Assembly: GCA_049305795.1 (NCBI GenBank)
Contig: JBAQPM010000007.1
Span: forward strand, 731 to 64,730
From: Minisyncoccia bacterium
GTDB lineage: Bacteria; Patescibacteriota; Minisyncoccia; Phycocordibacterales; Phycocordibacteraceae
Direction of reading: 5' to 3'
DNA length: 64,000 nucleotides
The notes below the pieces were generated by a model. It did no database searches, was not told the DNA's origin, and was given only the letters and a program-made list of their open reading frames with translations. Shown one piece after another: positions 18,576-29,225 of this stretch (position 1 is its first letter; the number at the start of each line of letters is the position of its first letter). Made by a program: the position numbers and the translations under genes.

Positions 18576-18839
18576 TTATATAATCGGAAAATCCGACACA
18601 CGGGTTTTAAGAAAATGACGAAGCAGGAGCGCACTGCCTGTGATAAAAATCCCTACAAACGTTCCGAATGGAAAGGCCGCGGCCGTCTGAGTGTAATAGA
18701 GAGCGTCAGCAACGATACCAAAGGCAATGCCGAGCATAGGAACCCAGAGTGCACCAAGAAAAGAAAGCGCGACGGCCAAATACCAAGGAAATGCAATGAG
18801 TGCGAGAAAAGGTGCGGCAAGAAAGATGACACGCGTCAT
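18576..18839 (-). CDS. mreD: Rod shape-determining protein MreD-like small polytopic membrane protein
   Basis: Hydrophobic helices; the internal Met start overlaps the mreC stop (ATGA); position after mreC. Confidence 0.45.
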   Translation of the reverse strand: MTRVIFLAAPFLALIAFPWYLAVALSFLGALWVPMLGIAFGIVADALYYTQTAAAFPFGTFVGIFITGSALLLRHFLKTRVSDFPII

Positions 18840-19642
18840 AACTCGGGATTCGGCGTGATGGTGACCCACGTAAGAGAAAACGGATTTACGAGAGGTCGTA
18901 TCCGAACCGTTGCAAGCGGCGAAGAAGGATCCACTTCAATCTTGAGTATGGTGGCAAAAGGAACGGCACCCGGGCCAGGGATGAAAATGGCATCGCCCTC
19001 GGAAATTTTTGCGTCGCGTGGCATGGTCGCTTCAAACGCACCAGCACCCTCGCCTACCATAGTTATCGGCAAACGATCTTCCCCAATCCAACCTTCGGTG
19101 TTTACACCTGGTGCTGAATAAAGAGCAATACGCGAGGAGCCGTTCGTGACTGAAGAGACGACTCCGATGGGAATACCTCCGGGACCAAACGCGGGTGATC
19201 CAACCGAAACAGCGTTTTGACTCCCCTCGTCTACGATGAGCGAGTCATACGGACTAACGGGCGCTCGTGCAAGCACGCCCGCCACAATACCCTCTGCAGG
19301 TTCCGTACGAGAGCCGAGGAGCGTGACCAAATCCCCCACCTTACTGTGAAGCGCCGCATTTTCATTTGCGAGCGCATTATTTTTTGCATTTGCCTCATCA
19401 AGGAGGTGTTGCAGCGTCACTGGGTTATAAAAATATGCCCCCGCAAAGTGGAAACCTTCTGCCACTGCAGCGGAAGTTTTCCAAAGAGGCGTTGCGGCTG
19501 TCACTAGCACTCCAGGAGCAAGCACTCGAATGGCAACGAGCAGTAACGCAAACACAATCACGCCAAAGGCGATACGGTAATTACCAGGACGCAGCAGTGC
19601 GTTACGCCTCGCGAAGGACATCTTCTTCATTGATGAATACAC
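18836..19642 (-). CDS. mreC: Rod shape-determining protein MreC
   Basis: N-terminal TM; coiled coil (NNALANENAALHSKVGDL); beta-rich C-terminus; sits between mreB and mreD. Confidence 0.7.
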   Translation of the reverse strand: MYSSMKKMSFARRNALLRPGNYRIAFGVIVFALLLVAIRVLAPGVLVTAATPLWKTSAAVAEGFHFAGAYFYNPVTLQHLLDEANAKNNALANENAALHSKVGDLVTLLGSRTEPAEGIVAGVLARAPVSPYDSLIVDEGSQNAVSVGSPAFGPGGIPIGVVSSVTNGSSRIALYSAPGVNTEGWIGEDRLPITMVGEGAGAFEATMPRDAKISEGDAIFIPGPGAVPFATILKIEVDPSSPLATVRIRPLVNPFSLTWVTITPNPEL

Positions 19643-20654
19643 TTTGCCACGGACGCGGGTCTTCTGTCACGATACCCGTGCCGCGCACCACTGCTGTTAA
19701 AGGCTCGGGCGCCACATGCACCGGCACGCCAAGCATCTTTGAAAGTAATTGCGGTAGGCCGCGAAGGAGTGCACCGCCGCCAAATACTGTTACCCCACGT
19801 TCAAGCACGTCGGAAAGTAATTCCGGTGGCGTTTTTTCGATAACTTCTTTCATGGCCTCCATAAGCGCATCAAGAGACGTGTCGAGTGCCTCGCGCACAT
19901 GGGTGTCGGTCAAAATAATTTCTCGTGGGAGGCCAGTGGCAAGATCGCGGCCACGCACTGATTTTTGCAGAGGCGCAGCAAGTGGCGTTACCGCACCTAT
20001 GGCGATTTTCACATCCTCGGCAGTTTTCTCGCCAATGGCAAGTTGAAATTCACTTCGCACAAAATCAATAATGTTTTCATTAAAACGATCTCCTGCAACC
20101 TGTGAGCTTTTCGAAGAAACCGTGCCGCCAAGGGCAAGTACAGCAATGTCGGTGGTGCCCCCACCAATATCAAGAACCATCGTTCCCACTGCTTCGTGGA
20201 TAGGAAGCTTTGCACCAATCGCCCCAGCCACTGGCTCTTCAATGATGTAGACCTCCCGCGCACCTGAGTTAAGAGCTGCGTCGCGCACAGCGCGGCTTTC
20301 CACATTCGTCACTCCCGTTGGAACACCGACCACAATGCGAGGCCCAAAGAGGCGCGAACGGCCCCCCTGCGCTTTATTAATGAGGTATGAAAGAAGTTCC
20401 TCCGTAACTTCAAAGTCTGAAATGACGCCATGGGACAACGGCCGAACAGCGCGAATGTGCGGCGGCGTTTTCCCAAGCATTTGTTTTGCCTCCTTTCCCA
20501 CGGCAACCACTTGGCCCGTTTTGTCGTTTACCGCAACAACAGAAGGCTCGGCAATGACGATGCCCCGACCGCGCACATAGACAAGCGTGTTTGCGGTACC
20601 CAAATCAATCCCGATATCCGTGGAGAAGAAAGAACTTTTGGATATCTTTGCCAT
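19602..20654 (-). CDS. mreB: Rod shape-determining protein MreB
   Basis: Actin-fold motifs IGIDLGTANTLVYV and DIGGGTTDIAV. Confidence 0.9.
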   Translation of the reverse strand: MAKISKSSFFSTDIGIDLGTANTLVYVRGRGIVIAEPSVVAVNDKTGQVVAVGKEAKQMLGKTPPHIRAVRPLSHGVISDFEVTEELLSYLINKAQGGRSRLFGPRIVVGVPTGVTNVESRAVRDAALNSGAREVYIIEEPVAGAIGAKLPIHEAVGTMVLDIGGGTTDIAVLALGGTVSSKSSQVAGDRFNENIIDFVRSEFQLAIGEKTAEDVKIAIGAVTPLAAPLQKSVRGRDLATGLPREIILTDTHVREALDTSLDALMEAMKEVIEKTPPELLSDVLERGVTVFGGGALLRGLPQLLSKMLGVPVHVAPEPLTAVVRGTGIVTEDPRPWQSVFINEEDVLREA

Positions 20655-20657
20655 ATC

Positions 20658-21896
20658 TTACAGAGCGAGCACTTCTTCGCGTGACTTTCGAACAACTTCG
20701 CCAGTTGCGCGATTCACTACTTCGATTTCCTTTCCTGAAAGGGCATCTTTGCCCACGATGATGCGGTATGGCATACCGAGCAAATCACTCTCTGCAAACT
20801 TTTCTCCTGCGCGAAGGTCACGATCGTCGTACAGAACGGAAACACCCTTCTTTTTCAGATCGTCGTAAAGTGCGTCTGCCGTTTTTGAAATATCATCATC
20901 GCCGTGCCCAAGAGACACAAGATGCACCTTGAAAGGCGCAATGTTTTCGGGCCACACGATGCCCTTTTCATCTGCCAAAGCTTCAACGGCTACACCCATA
21001 AGGCGCGTAATGCCGATGCCAAAACATCCCATGATTGGATGCACATCTTCACCTTCCCGATTCTTATACGTGAAAGAAAAATCCTGAGAATATTTCGTGC
21101 CGAGGTCAAAGATGTTTCCCACTTCCGAAGCTTTTGCACGCGCGAGGGTTCCTTTATTGCACTTCGTGCAGGAATCCCCTTCCTTTTGAGTGCTTATTTC
21201 AACGTTTACGCAGTATGAACAATGGTCGCAGTATAAAATATCGTCTTCGCCTGCGTCGGTGAGCACCATGAATTCATAGGAGAGTTTTTTCGTAAAGCTG
21301 CCTCCCGACGCTTCCGTTGCTTTTGCAATGAGGCCGCAGCGTGTATAGACCCGCAAATACGCTTCTTTCACTTCTGCATAAAAACGGTCAAAGTCTTCCT
21401 GTGTTTCATGGAAGGAATACATGTCCTTCATCGTAAATTCCCTGCCGCGCATGATGCCGGATTTTGCACGAAGCTCGTCGCGATATTTTTGTCCTATTTG
21501 GTAGATGGCAACCGGAAGGTCTTTGTATGAAGGCGCATATTCTTTTGCGATGGGCGTTACGATTTCTTCCTCGCTTTGACCGACGGTGTATTCCTTTTCG
21601 GTGCGGCTGAGTATTTTGAACACCACGTCAACACTGTCCCACGCGCCTGTTTGTTTCCAAGGTTCCGAAGGGTGAAGGGTTGCCATGCGTACCTCTTGTC
21701 CACCAATAGCATCCATCTCTTCACGCACGATAGATTCAATGCGTTCAAGCACGCGGCGACCAAGGGGGAGATAGGAATATACGCCCGCCATTTCTTTGTG
21801 CACATAGCCAGCACGAATAAGGAGTTGGGCGTTTTTGGAAACCTCGTCTCCCGGCGCTTCGCGCCGGGTCTTCGTAAAAAGTTTCGACTGTCTCAT
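20658..21896 (-). CDS. proS: Proline--tRNA ligase (short archaeal/eukaryotic-like form)
   Basis: Class II aaRS core; N-terminus MRQSKLFTKTRREAP...YSYLPLG typical of ProRS; no bacterial insertion/editing domain (412 aa). Confidence 0.85.
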   Translation of the reverse strand: MRQSKLFTKTRREAPGDEVSKNAQLLIRAGYVHKEMAGVYSYLPLGRRVLERIESIVREEMDAIGGQEVRMATLHPSEPWKQTGAWDSVDVVFKILSRTEKEYTVGQSEEEIVTPIAKEYAPSYKDLPVAIYQIGQKYRDELRAKSGIMRGREFTMKDMYSFHETQEDFDRFYAEVKEAYLRVYTRCGLIAKATEASGGSFTKKLSYEFMVLTDAGEDDILYCDHCSYCVNVEISTQKEGDSCTKCNKGTLARAKASEVGNIFDLGTKYSQDFSFTYKNREGEDVHPIMGCFGIGITRLMGVAVEALADEKGIVWPENIAPFKVHLVSLGHGDDDISKTADALYDDLKKKGVSVLYDDRDLRAGEKFAESDLLGMPYRIIVGKDALSGKEIEVVNRATGEVVRKSREEVLAL

Positions 21897-21935
21897 TGCC
21901 CCATGATTATAGTCTTATGCCCCGTATTCACAAAA

Positions 21936-23042
21936 CTAGCCCACCAACTTCCAAATGTCGTGAACGGTAACGACAACCATAAGAAGGACAAGGAGACCAA
22001 AGCCGGTGGTGTTCACCACAGTCGCGATCATGGGCTTTATGCGTTTTCGAGTAATGGTTTCAATGAGAACAAAAAGAAGACGACCGCCGTCGAGCGCTGG
22101 AATGGGGATGAGATTAATGAGGGCGAGGTTTATGGAGATCACTGCCGTGAGCGACATGAGGGACGAGAATCCTGCTTTTGAGGCGGTGCCCACTGCCCCG
22201 GCTATACCCACGGGACCTGAAACCTGTGTTAGGTCAGCAGAGAACGTGAATATGCCATAGAAAAACTGGGCAAGTCCGACGGCCGTTTGTTTTGTAATTT
22301 CCCAGGTGTACTGTGCGCCCACAATAGGCGCCTGCCACCAAGAGACTGGAACAGTGCCAACGGATGCCACACGCACACCAAGCGCCACACGTGACTCGTC
22401 GCCCGCCACGATTCCGGTCGCAGGTATTGCAGAGAGGATCATCTGCTTCCCTTCCCTTTTAATATCAAACGTAAGTGGAACCTTTGTAGTGTCTTTCGCG
22501 ATGAAGGCGGTAAAAGCGGCAGGGTCGGCACCAGTGAAAGTGTCTTCCGGCGAAACAATGACTTGAGTAATCGAATCGCCAACGTTAAGACCCGCTGTCT
22601 CTGCGGGCGAACCGGGCATTATTTCGGCAATAACTATTGTCGCATCTTGTGCACGCGGGATTTCATGCGACTCGAGCGCACGCGGCGTGCCCGCGAAAAG
22701 TATTCCGGAAATAATGATCCAGGCAAAAACGAGATTCATCGCAATGCCGGCAACCAGCACTATCGCCTGCGCGAGGTGGGATTTCGCCGAGAAACTTCTT
22801 GTATTCTGCTCGGCATCTTCTGGCGCATTTAAATCTTCTCCATAAATTTTTACGAATCCGCCAAACGGAAGCCAGTTGATGCTATAGAGCGTTTCACCGC
22901 GCTGTATGCCCCAGGCGCGTGGCGGGTACCCAATGCCAAATTCGTCCACACGCATGCCGGAAAGTTTTGCGGCGACAAAGTGCCCAAGCTCGTGCACGAG
23001 AATGAGCGCAACAAGAACAACAATGAGAAGGAGGATTTCCAT
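21936..23042 (-). CDS. rseP: Site-2 protease (RseP-like zinc metalloprotease)
   Basis: HELGH zinc motif in TM1; internal PDZ-like region; multiple TM helices. Confidence 0.8.
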   Translation of the reverse strand: MEILLLIVVLVALILVHELGHFVAAKLSGMRVDEFGIGYPPRAWGIQRGETLYSINWLPFGGFVKIYGEDLNAPEDAEQNTRSFSAKSHLAQAIVLVAGIAMNLVFAWIIISGILFAGTPRALESHEIPRAQDATIVIAEIMPGSPAETAGLNVGDSITQVIVSPEDTFTGADPAAFTAFIAKDTTKVPLTFDIKREGKQMILSAIPATGIVAGDESRVALGVRVASVGTVPVSWWQAPIVGAQYTWEITKQTAVGLAQFFYGIFTFSADLTQVSGPVGIAGAVGTASKAGFSSLMSLTAVISINLALINLIPIPALDGGRLLFVLIETITRKRIKPMIATVVNTTGFGLLVLLMVVVTVHDIWKLVG

Positions 23043-23045
23043 GTA

Positions 23046-23597
23046 CTAGTTTGAAATTTCTTCTTCTTTTTTCTTTGCGAGCGTTGCAAGCGCTTCAGTG
23101 CCCCCATCAACGAGTTTTTGCACTTCGGTTTTAAGGCGAGTGATTTCGTCTTTACCCATTCCCCCACCCTTTTCCGCCTCATCAAGTGCTTTGAGCGCAT
23201 CGGTGCGGTGGTTACGGAGCGTTACCTTTGCCTGCTCGTGTTTTTCATTTCCAAGCTTAATAAGAAGGACGCGACGGTCGGCCGTGAGTTCAGGAAAAGA
23301 AATGCGAAGGCCCATGTCATCTGTTGCGACTGAAACCCCAAGGTCTGCTTCCGTAATGGCTCGCTCAATGTCTTTCATGACGCTTTTGTCCCAAGGAATA
23401 ACGCGAAGGGTTCGTGCGTCCTCAATGGAAACAGAGGCAAGCTGCGAAAGAGGCGTGCGAGCGCCATACGCCTCTGGTTTTACGGAGTCAAGAAGCGAGG
23501 GAGAAGCACGTCCAGTGCGAACGCCGGCAAGTTCACGCGAAAGCCATTCTTCGGTCTCTTTTATTTGTGCTTTAAGTTTTGAAAAATCGTATGCCAT
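23046..23597 (-). CDS. frr: Ribosome recycling factor
   Basis: 183 aa; characteristic RRF sequence over its length (VRTGRASPSLLDSV, RRVLLIKL). Confidence 0.9.
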   Translation of the reverse strand: MAYDFSKLKAQIKETEEWLSRELAGVRTGRASPSLLDSVKPEAYGARTPLSQLASVSIEDARTLRVIPWDKSVMKDIERAITEADLGVSVATDDMGLRISFPELTADRRVLLIKLGNEKHEQAKVTLRNHRTDALKALDEAEKGGGMGKDEITRLKTEVQKLVDGGTEALATLAKKKEEEISN

Positions 23598-23689
23598 GGA
23601 AAATCGGTTAGTGAATTTAGTATACCCCTTACCACTTTTATTTCACACGTACGAAAGTTTTTGTTTTTCGCTCAGTCGTTTCGGGTAAG

Positions 23690-24466
23690 TTATTTTGGAA
23701 CGGTGATAAGAACGTGTTCAAGAATGGGTTTTAAGGGTGCTGCGCGATCGTGGAGCATGGGCACGAAATGATCGAGGTCCTGTAAAAATTCCTGATATGC
23801 AAGCGCTTCCGGATTTTTTTGCCACGCGAGGTAGGTGCTGCATGTCAATTCCTCAAGAAAATGGAGTGCCTTTACGCGGCCCTCTTGTTTTTCCTCGTCC
23901 TTGTCGGACTTTGTTTCTTCGAGAATTTTTTCAATGATACGTTCACGAACCGCCGCGTCACCTTTTATGAATTGTTCGGCAAGAGAAGATTCTTTATGCT
24001 TTGTATCGTTCTCAATGCTTTCTATAATTGGCAGTGGGTGCAGCCGAGAACGAAGAGTTTCAATAATGGTTCCCTCCGATGGAACGATGAGCACAAGAGT
24101 TGTGTGGACAGGCGGCTCTTCAAATAATTTCAACAGTGCATTTTGTGCTTCGTGAAAAAGGCGACCAACAGAAACAATGAGTAATTTTTTCTGTCCTATA
24201 AGCGGCGAAAGCGCAGCTTTCGCCGCAAGCATACGTGCGTCTTCCACCGAAAAAAGCCCGTAGCGCTCCACAATGACGTCGGGATTGCCCACGGGAGAAA
24301 GTTCAAGTACGCGCTCGCCAAAGGCGAGCGCGCTTGTCACACCCTCCCCGGCCTCCCCAGCAAAAAAGTAAGCGTGATGAGCCATATAATCCACAGGATA
24401 CCGCACTTTAGAGGAGGGATTGACATAGTCATCTACTTGAATTATAATGTTATCCACAGGGTCCAT
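23690..24466 (-). CDS. holB: DNA polymerase III delta-prime subunit-like (clamp loader)
   Basis: AAA+ fold with degenerate P-loop (AYFFAGEAGEG); conserved LLKLFEEPP box; 258 aa. Confidence 0.55.
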   Translation of the reverse strand: MDPVDNIIIQVDDYVNPSSKVRYPVDYMAHHAYFFAGEAGEGVTSALAFGERVLELSPVGNPDVIVERYGLFSVEDARMLAAKAALSPLIGQKKLLIVSVGRLFHEAQNALLKLFEEPPVHTTLVLIVPSEGTIIETLRSRLHPLPIIESIENDTKHKESSLAEQFIKGDAAVRERIIEKILEETKSDKDEEKQEGRVKALHFLEELTCSTYLAWQKNPEALAYQEFLQDLDHFVPMLHDRAAPLKPILEHVLITVPK

Positions 24467-24492
24467 TTGCTATACTTCTTTACTCAAATGAC

Positions 24493-26052
24493 ATGAACAG
24501 ACTTATTTCCTCTTTTATTTCATACCTTACCCGTTTCGCCGCCTGGTTTTCTGCGGCTTTTTCCGCATTGTGGGCCCGCTACCGTGCTCTTAGCCTTTGG
24601 AAGCGAATCGCTATCCCCGTTCTTGCAGTGGTTGTTCTTATCGGCGTAAACAGCATTCTTCGAAAAGGAACCGAGGCCGAAGCTGGAAACACCCCGCGCA
24701 CGGTCACTCTTGAGTCAGTGGGAATGCTCGCAAATGCCGAGGGGAACGGTATAAGCGTCATAGGAAACGTTCGTTCGGTCACTGAAGCAAGTCTGTACGC
24801 GCAATCAGGAGGTGCCGTGGAAGCAGTACACACCAGCCTCGGTGCCAGTGTTCCTGCCGGTTTTGTCATTGCCGAATTTGATAATGCAAGCCAAGCTGCC
24901 GCAGTGCTTCAGGCAGAGGGAGCCTACGAAGCAGCACTTGCCTCTCGCGCAGCAGTTTCCTCAAGTGATGTAAAAACGGATGCGTACAATACGTATCGCG
25001 AAGCATTCGATACTTTGACGGCAATTATTGAGGACGATATTGATCTTTTCTTTGGAAGCCCGACAGCATTTGGACCAAACTTGCTTATCAATGCAGGGCC
25101 CAATGAAGTAGATGAACTTCCCCGCGCACGCGCAGCCCTCGAAACCGACATGGAAACGTGGCGCGACAGCCTTGGAACTGCAAGCACTCGCAACCCGCAG
25201 GAACTTTTCGCAGAAGCAGACTCCATTACACGAAGCACATCTGACCTACTCACAAAACTCTCTGCGTCTGCATATGAACGGAACTCCCGCGCAACAGCCA
25301 CACAACTTGCGGGCTTAACGACCGCACAATCAGGAATAAACACCCTTCTTGCGACCATTGCCTCAGCAAAAGAAGGTTATCGGAGCGGAAGTGTTGGAAC
25401 AACAGCGAGCGTTGACGCCGCCGTAAAACAAGCGCTCGGCGTGCTCCGCGGTGCACAGGCAAACTTTGAAAAGACGGTTGTTCGTGCCCCTATCGCAGGC
25501 GTGGTGAATTTTCTCCCTATTCGGGCCGGCGACTACGTTGCCCCTTCCACCCACGTAGCCACGGTTGCACAAAACGGCTCGCTTGAAATTATTGCCTATG
25601 TGTCCGAAGACGATCGTGCGCTATTCACTCCGGCACAAAAAGTTATCGTAAACGGCACGTATGACGGCGTTGTGACTTCACTTGCTCCTGCTCTAAATCC
25701 AGAAACAAAACAAGTTGAAATTCACATTGGTGTTGCGGGACAAACCAATCTGGTAAATGGCGCCTCGGTACGCATCACGGTGCCAAGCATGGCCGCAACA
25801 CCTGTCGCAACCCAGGGCCCTATCATGCTTCCTCTTGCTGCGGTTAAGTTAAGCGCAAATGAGCGAATCATCTTTACCGTCGACAGTGAAAACCGACTTG
25901 TAGCAAATCCTGTTACGGTTGGAGACGTTCGTGGAGATCGCATTGAAATTACGTCCCCACTTTCGGCAGATCTTCACATTGTGACTGACGCACGCGGATT
26001 GGGTGAAGGTGAAAAAATAAATGTAGCGACGGCGACACCGGCTACGCTCTAA
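24493..26052 (+). CDS. Efflux periplasmic adaptor (HlyD/membrane fusion protein family)
   Basis: N-terminal TM; long alpha-helical hairpin region; beta-barrel motif VVRAPIAGVV; immediately upstream of the RND pump. Confidence 0.65.
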   Translation: MNRLISSFISYLTRFAAWFSAAFSALWARYRALSLWKRIAIPVLAVVVLIGVNSILRKGTEAEAGNTPRTVTLESVGMLANAEGNGISVIGNVRSVTEASLYAQSGGAVEAVHTSLGASVPAGFVIAEFDNASQAAAVLQAEGAYEAALASRAAVSSSDVKTDAYNTYREAFDTLTAIIEDDIDLFFGSPTAFGPNLLINAGPNEVDELPRARAALETDMETWRDSLGTASTRNPQELFAEADSITRSTSDLLTKLSASAYERNSRATATQLAGLTTAQSGINTLLATIASAKEGYRSGSVGTTASVDAAVKQALGVLRGAQANFEKTVVRAPIAGVVNFLPIRAGDYVAPSTHVATVAQNGSLEIIAYVSEDDRALFTPAQKVIVNGTYDGVVTSLAPALNPETKQVEIHIGVAGQTNLVNGASVRITVPSMAATPVATQGPIMLPLAAVKLSANERIIFTVDSENRLVANPVTVGDVRGDRIEITSPLSADLHIVTDARGLGEGEKINVATATPATL

Positions 26053-26057
26053 CGCAC

Positions 26058-29000
26058 ATGACGGCACTTTGGACCTTTTTCATCAACAAAGACCGCTTCA
26101 CGATACTGCTAGGTATCGTCCTTTCGCTTGCTGGTATATACGCAGCATTTGCAATTCCAAAGGAATCTTCACCTGAGGTGCAAATTCCGCTTGGCATTAT
26201 CACGACGATTCTTCCGGGCGCAGGAAGTGAAGACATCGAGCGACTCATTACTGACAAAATAGAAAACCAGGTACTCGGCGTTGAGCGAGTATCAAAAGTT
26301 ACCTCTGTTTCAAGTGCCGGTGTTTCAAGCATCACCGTTGAATTCGATGCGAATGCCAATATCGACAAATCCATTCAACTTCTGAAAGACGAAGTTGATA
26401 AGGTTCGCTCCGATTTGCCCTCCGAAGCAGAAGACCCTGTCGTCACCGATGTGAACTTTGCGGACCAGCCCATTATCATTGCTTCTATTTCGGGAGAACT
26501 TGCACCTGCCGAACTCACCGCGCTTGGCGAATCACTCAAAGATGAACTCGAACGTATACCAGGCGTATCGAAAGTGGCGCTTTCAGGTATCGAAGACCGC
26601 CAGGTGCAGGTCATTGTTAAGCAGGCAAAGCTTCGAGAATATAATCTTTCACTTTCAGATGTAACCAATGCCATCCGCGCCTCAGGCGCGGCCTCACCTG
26701 CTGGGTCTATCACGGTGAACGACATTTCATATGCCGTACGTTTCGAGGCCGGCATCAATGAACCGGAAGACGTGGCAAATGTCGCTATTGCCGGCCCCGG
26801 CGGCATCTCCCTTCACGTGCGCGACGTTGCAGATGTCGTAAACGGACTTGCCGACGCTTCAACCTTTTCTCGCGTGTCGGTCGCGGGTGCGCCTTCAGCA
26901 CCTGCACTCTCTCTTTCAATATTTAAAAGCCGCGGTGGCAATATCGTAGAAACCGGAAATGCCGTCAAACAAAAAGTTACCGATCTCGAAAAAACGCTCC
27001 TTGCTGGGACTAAAACCGTTATTTCTTTTGATGCCGCAGAACAAGTTCAAAAAGACCTCACCGAACTCACCCGCACGGGTATCGAAACGGTCATACTCGT
27101 CATGCTCATGTTGTTTGCTACCCTTGGTTGGCGAGAATCTCTTGCCGCAGCGCTTTCCATACCGCTTTCTTTTCTCATCGCTTTCATCGGCATTTACGCA
27201 TCGGGTAACACCATTAACTTTGTTTCGCTTTTCTCACTGATTCTTGCCATCGGTATTCTCGTTGACTCCGGCATTGTAGTGGTCGAAGCCATTCACACCA
27301 GACTGGTGCACACTGGAAACAAGCGCGACGCTGCCATTGCCGCCATACGCGAATACGCATGGCCTCTGGTCGCGGGAACCTTCACGACGGTCGCTGTTTT
27401 CATTCCGCTCTTTTTCCTTTCGGGAGTCGTCGGAAAATTCATCGCCTCAATTCCTTTCACCGTTATTTTCGTCCTCATCGCCTCTATATTCGTGGCACTG
27501 GGACTTATTCCCCTTTTGTCGATGTACATTATCCGACCAACCCAAAGCCGCATTGAGGAGCGCCAAGAAGAATACAACGAGATTGCAAAAGCTTGGTACC
27601 AGGGCATCCTACGCCGCATCCTCGGCAACCGTCGCATCGAAAACTGGTTTGTTGGAAGCATGGTTGCGCTTTTCTTTGTGGCGCTTGCCCTGCCAGCACT
27701 CGGCGCTGTGAACACGGTTTTCTTTCCACCAGAAGATTCTGATTTCGTATACGTAAGCATTGAAAAACCTCAAGGCACGGCGCTCACCCAAACCGACCTT
27801 TCCGTACGAGAGGTTGAAGAACTCTTGTATAGCGATCCACGCATCACTTCTTTCGTTGCTGAAGTAGGCGCAGGAAGCTCATTTTCAGGAAGCGCTTCTT
27901 CCGGAAGCAATCTCGGAAACATCACGGTAAACCTCGATAAGGACCGAAAAGAGACGAGTCAGGAAATTGTCGCGGATTTACGCAAACTCCTTCCTCACAT
28001 TACCTCCGCCGTTGTAACGGTTGGAGAACCAGCAGGCGGCCCACCGTCTGCTGCACCGGTGCTTATCACCTTTTCAGGAGATGACCTCACCACGCTTGCA
28101 AGCACGGCGCTCACCGCCGAACGAATTCTTGCAGATATTCCCGGCGTTACAAACGTCGTCACAAGCAGCAAAGATAGCGGCACGGAATTCGTAGTGAAAC
28201 TCGACACCGCAAAAGCAACCGAACTTGGTGTTTCTTCTGCATTTGTTGCGGACACTATCCGCACGGCGCTGTATGGCGCAAAAGCAGCATCTATTCGCAC
28301 GGGTACTGAAGATATCGAGGTGCATACTAAGCTCGATTTGAATCCAAACTATCAGAGTCCGAATGAAACCACGCACACCTCCATCGACGCAGTGCGCGCC
28401 ATGACCGTGCTTGGAAAAAATGGACCAGTGCCACTCGCCTCAATTGCAACGATCACCTATGAACCTGCCGAAACAACTATTCGCCACGAAAACGGTACGC
28501 GCATCGCGACCGTGCAAAGTGACGTCACCGGCAAAACACCTATTCAAATCACCAACGAGTTTGAAAAGGAATTTGCATCCGTCGTTCTTCCAAGCGGTGT
28601 CACAATGAAATTGGGCGGTGAGAGCGAAGACGTAAATAAATCATTTGCTGAAATGGGCATTGCACTACTTGCGGGCGCGGCGCTCATGCTTGCCATTCTC
28701 GTGCTTGAATTCAACGGCTTCCGCCATTCGCTCTACCTTCTTTCCATCATTCCGCTGTCCCTCATCGGCGTCTTGGTTGGACTCATGCTTACCGGCGCTC
28801 CCCTTTCCTTCTCGTCGATGCTCGGCGTCATTGCGCTTGCGGGCGTCATTATCAACCATGCCATCATTCTCATGGATTCTATTTCGCGCATTGGTCGGGA
28901 AAATCCAAATGAAACCCTTACCGAAGTGGTGATACACGCTGCGTCCACACGCTTCCGCCCTATCGTGCTTACTACGGTAGTAACAGTCGTTGGTATGATT

Positions 29001-29171
29001 CCTCTCTCATTTGCCTCGCCGCTTTGGGGACCACTCGCCTTTTCAATCATGTTTGGCCTTGCCTTCTCGCTCCTCCTCACACTGGTGTTTATCCCAATCC
29101 TTTACCACCGGTGGCCAGGTAAAAAAGTCCTCGCGCGTTTTACCAAAAGTAATGCAGCGGAAGTAGCGTAA
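26058..29171 (+). CDS. RND efflux transporter (AcrB/HAE1 family)
   Basis: 1037 aa; 12-TM RND architecture with two large periplasmic loops; conserved TM4/TM10 regions. Confidence 0.85.
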   Translation: MTALWTFFINKDRFTILLGIVLSLAGIYAAFAIPKESSPEVQIPLGIITTILPGAGSEDIERLITDKIENQVLGVERVSKVTSVSSAGVSSITVEFDANANIDKSIQLLKDEVDKVRSDLPSEAEDPVVTDVNFADQPIIIASISGELAPAELTALGESLKDELERIPGVSKVALSGIEDRQVQVIVKQAKLREYNLSLSDVTNAIRASGAASPAGSITVNDISYAVRFEAGINEPEDVANVAIAGPGGISLHVRDVADVVNGLADASTFSRVSVAGAPSAPALSLSIFKSRGGNIVETGNAVKQKVTDLEKTLLAGTKTVISFDAAEQVQKDLTELTRTGIETVILVMLMLFATLGWRESLAAALSIPLSFLIAFIGIYASGNTINFVSLFSLILAIGILVDSGIVVVEAIHTRLVHTGNKRDAAIAAIREYAWPLVAGTFTTVAVFIPLFFLSGVVGKFIASIPFTVIFVLIASIFVALGLIPLLSMYIIRPTQSRIEERQEEYNEIAKAWYQGILRRILGNRRIENWFVGSMVALFFVALALPALGAVNTVFFPPEDSDFVYVSIEKPQGTALTQTDLSVREVEELLYSDPRITSFVAEVGAGSSFSGSASSGSNLGNITVNLDKDRKETSQEIVADLRKLLPHITSAVVTVGEPAGGPPSAAPVLITFSGDDLTTLASTALTAERILADIPGVTNVVTSSKDSGTEFVVKLDTAKATELGVSSAFVADTIRTALYGAKAASIRTGTEDIEVHTKLDLNPNYQSPNETTHTSIDAVRAMTVLGKNGPVPLASIATITYEPAETTIRHENGTRIATVQSDVTGKTPIQITNEFEKEFASVVLPSGVTMKLGGESEDVNKSFAEMGIALLAGAALMLAILVLEFNGFRHSLYLLSIIPLSLIGVLVGLMLTGAPLSFSSMLGVIALAGVIINHAIILMDSISRIGRENPNETLTEVVIHAASTRFRPIVLTTVVTVVGMIPLSFASPLWGPLAFSIMFGLAFSLLLTLVFIPILYHRWPGKKVLARFTKSNAAEVA

Positions 29172-29207
29172 CAAAAAAACGAATCCAGTTGGATTCGTTT
29201 TTTTGTT
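29171..29207. terminator. Bidirectional terminator (aaaaaaacgaatcc-agtt-ggattcgttttttt)
   Basis: Perfect 8-bp stem flanked by a 7-A run and a 7-T run, between convergent genes. Confidence 0.75.
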
Positions 29208-29225
29208 ACGCGGAGCGAGAACGTA

